From Terriglobia bacterium (GTDB taxonomy: Bacteria; Acidobacteriota; Terriglobia; UBA7540): a DNA stretch of 46,082 nucleotides. Position numbers and translations under genes: made by a program. Of the stretch, positions 20,473 through 27,480 are shown in pieces; the first letter of the stretch is position 1; every line of letters begins with the position of its first letter. Under the pieces are notes generated by a model that had not been told where the DNA came from, did no database searches, and saw only the letters and a program-made list of their open reading frames with translations. Location of the stretch: positions 1 to 46,082 of the forward strand of contig DASSJE010000504.1 of the NCBI GenBank assembly GCA_035691365.1, given 5' to 3'.

Positions 20473-20709
20473 TTATCGGGCGGTGTGGCGGAATGAATCC
20501 AGGCGCCATTCATCTTCCTTTTCGCTATGGCGAAGAATATAAGTGTTTCCGTCATCGGCCAGCACTTTGAAACAACGGTAATCTATGCCATACCACTGGT
20601 CGAGGACCTCCACCACCTCAAAAGTCCGCGAATCCCTTTCGCCGGGGCGGAACCGCAGGGGCCGTTCGTCCGCCTTGTAGCCTGCATAACATTCAACCTG
20701 AAGAGTCAT
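20473..20709 (-). CDS. Small (78 aa) hypothetical protein, last gene of the kinase/DUF3037 cassette
   Basis: The ATG at 20709 is preceded by GGGGG and lies 13 nt after the DUF3037 stop. The sequence MTLQVECYAGYKADERPLRF...VVEVLDQWYGIDYRCFKVLADDGNTYILRHSEKEDEWRL is beta-rich and resembles conserved small hypotheticals that I cannot name. Confidence 0.55.
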   Translation of the reverse strand: MTLQVECYAGYKADERPLRFRPGERDSRTFEVVEVLDQWYGIDYRCFKVLADDGNTYILRHSEKEDEWRLDSFRHTAR

Positions 20710-20722
20710 CGCGCCCCCGGCT

Positions 20723-21544
20723 TTAGATGCCCAGTTCGCTGCATATCGACCGGGCGTACTGGTCGGCAAGAGCAATCGGCTGGATAGAAATTCCGGCTTC
20801 CACCAAAATGCTTTGTGAAAGCGTGGCCGCTTCGTCCTCCTTACTTGCCTCCCCCTCGACTACGGCCGTCAACTCGGCCGGCCCATGGCGGCGGACGCGG
20901 TCCATGGTATAAACCAGAACCTTTGCCAGCTCAACGTCGCGCTTGAGCGATAGTGAGTGGATAAACTTCATGTGGCCGTTCGGCCTGCCCGCAATCTCAC
21001 GCGGGCGGTACCCAAAATCAAAGGTCAAGGTGTCGTTGGGTTGCGTCCAGCGCGCGGCCGGAATATTCCGTTCAAGCTGCGGCTGGTCCCACAGCCCGGC
21101 TCTCACAAAAGATAACCGCAGCCGCTGTTTGATCCGCATTCGCGTGTCGACCGGGAGCGGTCCATCCACCCGGGCCCCCACGTACCGGTTGAAAACATCC
21201 TGTATTTCAGCGGCAGGGTCACGAAGCAGGCATGCCCTGACTGGAGCAATCTGCACCAGGTTTGAAAAGGATCGCCCCATCCAGCTCAGATAGTTTTCCA
21301 ATTCGTCACTGTGTTCGTCAATCTGCTGCTCGAAGTCCTGCTGAAGCTCGCGCAGGAATTCGAGATCAGCCTGGGGATGGAACCGCTTGATGCGGCGAAA
21401 GTCATCTGTAAACAGGCAGCCCAGATAGTTCTCCTGGGGACTGAACAAGAACACTCCGATGTTGACGAACTCACCCCGCACAACGTCCGGCACATATTGC
21501 ACGACATAGAGCGAGCACGCCTTGTATTGTTCAGCATCAGCCAT
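20723..21544 (-). CDS. DUF3037-family protein (function unknown)
   Basis: The N-terminus CSLYVVQYVPDVVRGEFVNIGVFLFSPQENYLGCLFTDDFRRIKRF matches the DUF3037 hallmark as I remember it. The start has an AGGTGA SD. The gene lies 34 nt downstream of the kinase gene. Confidence 0.75.
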   Translation of the reverse strand: MADAEQYKACSLYVVQYVPDVVRGEFVNIGVFLFSPQENYLGCLFTDDFRRIKRFHPQADLEFLRELQQDFEQQIDEHSDELENYLSWMGRSFSNLVQIAPVRACLLRDPAAEIQDVFNRYVGARVDGPLPVDTRMRIKQRLRLSFVRAGLWDQPQLERNIPAARWTQPNDTLTFDFGYRPREIAGRPNGHMKFIHSLSLKRDVELAKVLVYTMDRVRRHGPAELTAVVEGEASKEDEAATLSQSILVEAGISIQPIALADQYARSICSELGI

Positions 21545-21578
21545 ACCATCACCTGGACCTGCAGGCCACTATCACGAT

Positions 21579-22601
21579 CTAGTCCCAATTCGGAAAAGGT
21601 CGCAATGAACTCCCTTTTGCTTCGATAATCAATTGCCGCAACCGCCGGCGCCGCTTATAAAGTTCTTCCGTAAGGCGCGAAATCTGGTCAGGATCTTCCC
21701 CGCACCACTCTCGCGGCACTTCGCGAAGGCATTCTTCCAGCTCGGATGCCGCGATGTTTTCGATTCGGGAAAGGTAGGGTTCAAACGATTTCAACCCACG
21801 CACGCTCTCATACACCAGCCGGCGCGGATATAGGCTCCGAATAGGGCTGTCCGGGAAGTTCCATTCCCCATCGTTAAAGCAGAAACCGTGGTCAATGAGC
21901 GTGGCGGAGTACCGGTTGCCGCTCTGGTCGATGGTCCGGTAAAAAATCGCCTGGCGGCCGTCACAGTTGCAGGTCCACTTGTCCAGCACGAATGCCCCCA
22001 GAAAAATCGGGGCCAGATTGGAGACTTGCCGCAGCAGGCGGTCAGGAAGAAAATCCACCACCAGAGTCCGGCTGGGAGCGCCCGGAAATCTGGAACCGAA
22101 ATGTAACCCGGAAGCGCACTGCACCTCCTGCCCCACCGTCTCGAACTTCAACAAAGGAGTTCCGGCAATGAGACTCTGCGAAACCTGCACGAACGCCCGC
22201 CCGGGAACAGGCAGCCGAATGAGCGCGGCAAGGCGGCTGGCAAGCATCTCGTTGGCCAGAATTCTGACGTGCTGGGGATTATTCCTGAACTTGACAACGT
22301 AGGTTTCGCCGTCGTCACAGCCCATCAGGAAAGGTTGCGAGCCGCCCCGCATCCTGCGGATGCATTCAACCGCCACAACCTTTCTGACCGCTGTGAGTTC
22401 GCTCTGGTCTTGTTGCAAGATCCTCGACGAGGCAGACGCGCTGCCATCTGGTCTGACTCCAGAACCGAAATTGCCAGGCCCTTCATGCATCCCTGGTAAA
22501 TATCGCCCAAGCCCCTTCTTCAGCGTCACAAAGGGCCCGGTTGCGCTTATCGGTTTCGCCGGAACTGCCCCCCGTTCTGGCAGCCTGGCCGCGCGCCTCA
22601 C
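21579..22601 (-). CDS. HipA-family-like (PI3/4-kinase fold) protein kinase; start codon uncertain
   Basis: Motifs present: ETYVVKFRNNPQ (beta3 lysine), NEMLASRLA, FVLDKWTCNCDGRQAIF (catalytic loop D..N.D) and TLIDHGFCFN (metal-binding DxG). The first ~70 residues are R/G/P/S-rich. Alternative starts exist at 22490 (ATG) or further in. Confidence 0.7.
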   Translation of the reverse strand: MRRAARLPERGAVPAKPISATGPFVTLKKGLGRYLPGMHEGPGNFGSGVRPDGSASASSRILQQDQSELTAVRKVVAVECIRRMRGGSQPFLMGCDDGETYVVKFRNNPQHVRILANEMLASRLAALIRLPVPGRAFVQVSQSLIAGTPLLKFETVGQEVQCASGLHFGSRFPGAPSRTLVVDFLPDRLLRQVSNLAPIFLGAFVLDKWTCNCDGRQAIFYRTIDQSGNRYSATLIDHGFCFNDGEWNFPDSPIRSLYPRRLVYESVRGLKSFEPYLSRIENIAASELEECLREVPREWCGEDPDQISRLTEELYKRRRRLRQLIIEAKGSSLRPFPNWD

Positions 22602-22682
22602 AAAAGCTTCGATGTCGAAAAACGCTCGAGCAAGGAAAAAAGGATTCTCACGGAAGCCATCTAAATCTTGCCTGCGCCAAGC

Positions 22683-23243
22683 TTAGCGGCGGCGCTTTGT
22701 CTTCTTTCCGGCAGCGGCCCTCTTGCCTTTCCCACCCTTCGGAGCCTTTTTAACCTTTGCGGCTTTCTTCGCGGCCTTCACCGGCCTTTTTGGCTTGGCA
22801 GCCTTCTTCGGCTTGGAGGGCTTCCCGGCCTTCTTTGCCTTAGCGGCCCCTTTTTTCAACTTGGCAGGCTTCCGGGCTTTCCCGGCTTTGGCCAATTTGG
22901 CAGGTTCCTTCGGCTTGGGGGATTTTTCAGTCTTTGCAGGCTTGCTGGCTTTGATGGGCCTGGCAGGCTTCTCTGGTTTTCCCTTCACCGCCGGTACCTT
23001 GGGCTCGGCTGGCTGGGGAGTGCTGACGGGGGCAGGCGGAGGAGGCACTGAAGGCGGCGGACCTTCCAGCTCTGCAGGCCCGACATCTTCCTGCTCGGAT
23101 TCATAAGAAATCTCCTCATCCAGATCTTCGAGATCCACCCCGAAGCCTTCCTCATCCAATTTCTCTTCGTAGTCAGAAGAGAATTGGTCATCAAATTCGT
23201 CAAACTCTTCGCCGGGCTCATGGTTTTCATCATTGAACCGCAT
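22683..23243 (-). CDS. Bipartite acidic / lysine-alanine-proline-rich histone H1-like (AlgP/Hc1-like) protein
   Basis: The ATG at 23243 has GGAGGA 5 nt upstream. Residues 1-60 are D/E-rich and the last ~100 are KPAK/KKAAK repeats ending KKTKRRR. The plus-strand ORFs here are low-complexity mirror images. Confidence 0.7.
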   Translation of the reverse strand: MRFNDENHEPGEEFDEFDDQFSSDYEEKLDEEGFGVDLEDLDEEISYESEQEDVGPAELEGPPPSVPPPPAPVSTPQPAEPKVPAVKGKPEKPARPIKASKPAKTEKSPKPKEPAKLAKAGKARKPAKLKKGAAKAKKAGKPSKPKKAAKPKRPVKAAKKAAKVKKAPKGGKGKRAAAGKKTKRRR

Positions 23244-23290
23244 GGAATCCTCCTCTTAGGATCATCGTCCCGTCAGATACTGCATCTTTG

Positions 23291-23335
23291 CTGGCGCAAG
23301 TCGTGAACCTTAAATAAAAAGTTCCCTTGCGCCAG
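23291..23335 (-). promoter_or_regulatory. Perfect 10-bp inverted repeat (CTGGCGCAAG-N25-CTTGCGCCAG) at or just after the predicted start site of the histone-like gene
   Basis: The arms at 23291-23300 and 23326-23335 are exact reverse complements with an AT-rich 25-nt centre. This could be an operator or a 5'-UTR stem-loop. Confidence 0.5.
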
Positions 23336-23336
23336 A

Positions 23337-23363
23337 TGTATACCACCGGACAACGGCTGTCAA
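23337..23363 (-). promoter_or_regulatory. Candidate promoter of the histone-like gene (TTGACA - 15 nt - TGgTATACA extended -10)
   Basis: The minus strand reads CCCTTGACAGCCGTTGTCCGGTGGTATACAT. The spacer is short, but a TGn extended -10 is present. Confidence 0.35.
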
Positions 23364-23392
23364 GGGGCATCCTCACCAGCCGAATCCGGCCG

Positions 23393-25492
23393 TTATTCGG
23401 TCACTCCATACAGCGCCAGCATCTGTCCAGGAATGATAAGCGAACCATCCAGATGATTCCATTCGCGGATTTGTGCGACGGTCACGTTGAAGTGGCTGGC
23501 AATGGCCCGAAGCGTATCGCCTGGGCGGATTCGGTAGCGGTAGGCGCTGCGATGACTTCCCTGGTCAATCCCGGCGCTAGCATTGGAGGCCACTTTCCTA
23601 GTGGAAGACCGCTTGCTGACTCTTAAAGCCTTGCCTTCAGCAATGGTGGATCCGTGCAAATGGTTCCAGCGGCGGAGGTCCGCCACGCTCACATGGAAAT
23701 GCTGTGCAATTCCCCCCAGCGTATCGCCACGGCGAACGCGATAAAACCGTACGCCCTTGCGCGTCTCCGCATGGTATCCGCTGGACCGGCCGGGAGAGGG
23801 CGCTCCGTAAGCACGCACGTGCAGCGTCCTCCCGGCCTCAATTCGTGAACCCCGCAAGTGGTTCCAGCGCCGAAGGCTGGCAACACTCACGTGGTAGCGG
23901 CGGGCAATGGCACTAAGTGTATCGCCAGGTCGAACCCGGTAACGGTAAAGCCGGCCTCGCCGGTAGCGGGATTCCCGGCCAGGAGGAATGGGCAAAACCA
24001 GGTGTGTGCCTATTTCCGGGTCGTCACTTTGTTCCAGATGGTTAGCCCTGGCAAGCGCCGCTTCCGTAATATGATACCTGTGCGCAATTCCTTCCAGTGT
24101 GTCCGCCTGCTCAACTTTCACCGCGCGCCACCAGACACGGTTTTCAGGCGGCACCTCAGCAATTCGTTTTTCGTACAGATCTTTGGTTCCGTGCGGAAGG
24201 TTGATTACATACTGGCTTTCATCCATCGGGGTGGCCCACGTCAGAAGACTCGGATTGAGACCTTCGAGTTCTTTGACAGGTCTGTCAATGAGATCAGCCA
24301 CCAGACGGAGGTCAGTGGGGACTGTGACCGTTACGCGGTCGGGATCCAGTGGGGAGTTCGATTGCACATCAAAACCGTACGCGCGAGGGTCCTTGGCAAT
24401 CAGAGCCGTGGCAATGAAGATAGGCACATAGTTCTGGGTCTCTACAGGCAGCGCGTGTAGTTCTCGCAGCTTCCAGAAGTTCGCGTATCCGGTCCTCTCA
24501 ATAGCTTTCTGGATGCCGCCAGGTCCGGCATCATAAGCGGCCATAGCCAGATACCAGTCCCCAAATTCTTTGTAAAGATCGCGCAAGTGGCGGACGGCCG
24601 CCTCCGTCGATCTCAAGGGGTCTTCACGCTGGTCCTGATACTGGTCCATCTTGAGCCCATATTCCCTGGCCCGTGCCGCCATGAATTGCCAGAGGCCCGT
24701 GGCTCCTTGGCGGGACACGGCCTGGGGATTAAAACCGCTTTCCGCCGCTGCCAGATAGATCAAGTCCTGGGGCATGCCGTATTTGCGGAGCACACTTGAA
24801 ATCATCGGCTGGTACGTCCCAACACGGGCCAGAATCTTGTTGATATAGTCCTGGCCGCCGTTTTGAAAGTAGGTCAGGAAACCAGCTACGTAATCGTTCA
24901 TCACCAGCGGAAGATCTGAACGAACTGAAACCAATTCAAGTTCAGCACGCTTCCGGACCCTTGGGTCTACGGGAAATGTAAGATTGGCAAAGGATTCAAT
25001 GGGAGGAGACTCATTATCACGCTGGCTTAATGCGTCGCTGTTTGCCGAGGTTGAGGCCTCCAACCCATAAGTATTTTCCACCAGCCTGTCGAACTCAGCT
25101 TTGAGCCTGGGGTTACGCTTGACGTCCATCCCGGATTCAAGCATCAAGCTCAAGGCCTTGTCAAAATCCAGTCTGGCCCTTTGCAGGTTCCCGGCATGGT
25201 ATGCCTGCATACCCTCGTCGTAGACGGCGTCCACTTTTGCAACCAGAACGCCTGTGGGATCAAGGGTTTTGGGGTTGACAACCCGGGTGGGGGGCGCTGG
25301 GGGCTGGATGGGAGCAGATGCCGGTGGCGGGACTACAAGCGTTGGTGGCGAAGCCGTGACCCTTTTGCCGTGGGAGCTGCACGAGCCGAATGCAACCACG
25401 ACAGCCGGAATAAGGAAAATGAGTCTACACTTCGCCAACTTGACCTGCCTTTCCGCTTTAGTTTTTCCTGCTTCCGCCCCGCAAGGAAGCAC
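23393..25492 (-). CDS. mltD: Membrane-bound lytic murein transglycosylase D-like (SLT domain plus four C-terminal LysM domains)
   Basis: The SLT catalytic block is LIYLAAAESGFNPQAVSRQGATGLWQFM. There are four LysM repeats of the pattern Y-R-V/I-R-x-GDTL-x-IA-x-x-(Y/F)-x-V-(S/T)-V-A-x-(L/I)-R-x-WN-(H)-L. The N-terminus is lipoprotein-like (VVAFGSCSS). Confidence 0.9.
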   Translation of the reverse strand: MLPCGAEAGKTKAERQVKLAKCRLIFLIPAVVVAFGSCSSHGKRVTASPPTLVVPPPASAPIQPPAPPTRVVNPKTLDPTGVLVAKVDAVYDEGMQAYHAGNLQRARLDFDKALSLMLESGMDVKRNPRLKAEFDRLVENTYGLEASTSANSDALSQRDNESPPIESFANLTFPVDPRVRKRAELELVSVRSDLPLVMNDYVAGFLTYFQNGGQDYINKILARVGTYQPMISSVLRKYGMPQDLIYLAAAESGFNPQAVSRQGATGLWQFMAARAREYGLKMDQYQDQREDPLRSTEAAVRHLRDLYKEFGDWYLAMAAYDAGPGGIQKAIERTGYANFWKLRELHALPVETQNYVPIFIATALIAKDPRAYGFDVQSNSPLDPDRVTVTVPTDLRLVADLIDRPVKELEGLNPSLLTWATPMDESQYVINLPHGTKDLYEKRIAEVPPENRVWWRAVKVEQADTLEGIAHRYHITEAALARANHLEQSDDPEIGTHLVLPIPPGRESRYRRGRLYRYRVRPGDTLSAIARRYHVSVASLRRWNHLRGSRIEAGRTLHVRAYGAPSPGRSSGYHAETRKGVRFYRVRRGDTLGGIAQHFHVSVADLRRWNHLHGSTIAEGKALRVSKRSSTRKVASNASAGIDQGSHRSAYRYRIRPGDTLRAIASHFNVTVAQIREWNHLDGSLIIPGQMLALYGVTE

Positions 25493-25627
25493 TATAGCCA
25501 GATTTTACGTATGCCCTCTTTTAAGGTCAACCAGAAACCGTACATCAAAGAGAAATAAAAGCATGGCCACGATGGGGAGCTATGTCAGCCATGGTCAAGG
25601 ATGAGTTCACACCAGTTGGCACCGAAG

Positions 25628-25658
25628 CTGGCAGGCCGCAGCAAGGTTCAGCTATAAT
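25628..25658 (+). promoter_or_regulatory. Weak candidate promoter for the ABC exporter/lpxB operon (CTGGCA - 19 nt - TATAAT)
   Basis: A perfect TATAAT lies at 25653-25658, 65 nt upstream of the ABC start. The -35 is poor and the spacing long. Confidence 0.3.
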
Positions 25659-25722
25659 CAAGATTTTCCGGGCGATATAGCGCCTGCTGCCTGACTTTTG
25701 CCGCCGTAAAGCATAGGTAACC

Positions 25723-27468
25723 ATGCGAAACCCTCTTCGACCCCTCTTCCCATATCTTGCCAAGTACAAAAAGCGCTATATCTTTGGCTTTGCCGCGCTC
25801 ATTCTCACCCAGGTCGTTGGGGTCACCATACCCCTAGTCATCAAGGAAACCTTTGACGCTCTTATCAGCAGCGTTACGGTACAAAAACTGGCCTTTTTTG
25901 CCCTTCTCCTGCTGGGTATTGCTCTGACAAAAGCAGTTTTCCAGTTCTGGATGCGCTGGATTTTAATCGGCATCTCACGTGATGTTGAGTATGATCTCCG
26001 CAATGACCTCTTCAGGCATCTGATGCGGCAGGATGCCCGCTATTACAACGAACACCGAACCGGCGACCTTATGGCAAAACTGACCAATGATTTGACCGCC
26101 GTCCGCAACATTGTCGGGCCGGGCATCATGTATTCAGCCAACACGGTGGTGACGGGCATCGCCACGATCACGCTGATGGCCCATCTGGACCTTCACCTCA
26201 CGCTGCTGGCTCTGGCCCCTTTGCCGCTGGCCTCAGTCGCGGTCAAGTTTTTCGGGCAGAGGATCCATGAGCGGTTTGAGAAAATCCAGGCCATGTATTC
26301 GGAGCTCACTGAAAAAGTTCGCGAAAACCTTTCCGGGGTCAGGCTGGTCCGTGCTTTTCGCCAGGAAGAGCCTGAAATGCAGCATTTCGACAGCATGAAT
26401 CGGATCTATGTGGAAAAGAACAAGGGGCTGATCCTCGTCACGAGTTTCTTGTGGCCTGCCCTGGCCCTGCTCTTTGCAGCTTCGTTTTTGCTCATCATGG
26501 TGGTCGGCGGAGAGCATGTGCTCTCCGGCAAAATCACCATCGGAACATTCGCCGCATTCAACGTTTATCTGATGTATCTCATTTGGCCCATCATTGCGCT
26601 GGGGTGGGTGACCAACATCATTCAGCGAGGTCTCGCCTCCCTGGGCCGGCTGTGGACCATTTTTGCCGCTCAGCCGGCCATCGACGATCGCCTAGTTCCC
26701 AGCAACCCCGTCCGCGCTCTGAAAGGTGATATCGAATTCCGTAACCTCACCTTTGCCTACAACGGATATCCGATTCTCAAAAACATCAACCTGCGCATCC
26801 CTGCGGGCCGGACCCTCGCCGTGGTAGGCGCAACGGGCTCGGGAAAAACCACTTTGGCCGCTCTGGTTCCCCGGCTGTTTGATGCAGAGGATGGATCGGT
26901 GCTGGTGGACGGGATTCCTGTCCGTCAAATCCCGCTCAACACCCTGCGTTCGCACATCGGGTTCGTTCCGCAGGAAACTTTCCTGTTCAGCGAATCGATC
27001 CGCGAAAACATCCGGTTCGGAGCTCCCGATTCTTCTGATGACGACGTGGAAGGCGCCGCAGAAATTTCCAACATCCGGCCGGACATTCTGGGCTTCCCGA
27101 AGGGCTTCGATTCCATGGTGGGAGAACGTGGCCTGACGCTTTCGGGCGGCCAGAAACAGCGGGTGGCCATCTCGCGCGCCATCATCCGCGATCCACGCAT
27201 CCTGATTCTCGATGATGCGCTCTCGAGCGTTGACACGTTCACTGAAGAAAAAATATTGCGGCACCTCACCGAGGTTATGGCGGGAAGGACCACTATCCTG
27301 ATCTCACATCGCATCTCCACCATTCGTAATGCGGATGAGATCGTCGTGCTGCACGACGGCGCTATTGTGGAGCGGGGTTCCCATGAAGAGTTGCTGGCGA
27401 TGAACGGACATTACACGGAGCTGTACAACAAGCAATTAATCGAAGAATCACTCGAAAAGGAAGTGTAA
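25723..27468 (+). CDS. ABC exporter, fused TMD-NBD half-transporter (chain 1 of a heterodimer; Walker B Asp-Asp)
   Basis: A six-helix TMD is followed by Walker A GATGSGKTT, signature LSGGQKQR, Walker B ILILDDALSSVD (no catalytic Glu) and H-loop ISHR. Confidence 0.92.
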   Translation: MRNPLRPLFPYLAKYKKRYIFGFAALILTQVVGVTIPLVIKETFDALISSVTVQKLAFFALLLLGIALTKAVFQFWMRWILIGISRDVEYDLRNDLFRHLMRQDARYYNEHRTGDLMAKLTNDLTAVRNIVGPGIMYSANTVVTGIATITLMAHLDLHLTLLALAPLPLASVAVKFFGQRIHERFEKIQAMYSELTEKVRENLSGVRLVRAFRQEEPEMQHFDSMNRIYVEKNKGLILVTSFLWPALALLFAASFLLIMVVGGEHVLSGKITIGTFAAFNVYLMYLIWPIIALGWVTNIIQRGLASLGRLWTIFAAQPAIDDRLVPSNPVRALKGDIEFRNLTFAYNGYPILKNINLRIPAGRTLAVVGATGSGKTTLAALVPRLFDAEDGSVLVDGIPVRQIPLNTLRSHIGFVPQETFLFSESIRENIRFGAPDSSDDDVEGAAEISNIRPDILGFPKGFDSMVGERGLTLSGGQKQRVAISRAIIRDPRILILDDALSSVDTFTEEKILRHLTEVMAGRTTILISHRISTIRNADEIVVLHDGAIVERGSHEELLAMNGHYTELYNKQLIEESLEKEV

Positions 27469-27480
27469 CCGGGCAACCTG

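Noticed and set aside
22668-23106. Two plus-strand ORFs (127 aa each) over the K/A/P-rich gene
   Set aside because: They are low-complexity G/L/F/A-rich mirror translations without an SD. The minus-strand frame has an ATG with GGAGGA 5 nt upstream and a coherent acidic-hinge-basic architecture.
23380-23400. Hairpin CCGAAT-N9-ATTCGG at the mltD stop, considered as a terminator
   Set aside because: The stem is only 6 bp and overlaps the stop codon, and no U tract follows on the coding strand.
19395-25492. Whether the kinase/DUF3037 region is a mobile genomic island
   Set aside because: There is no integrase, transposase, tRNA target, flanking direct repeats or obvious GC or codon shift by eye. 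The cassette looks embedded among chromosomal genes. Island status cannot be claimed from this window.
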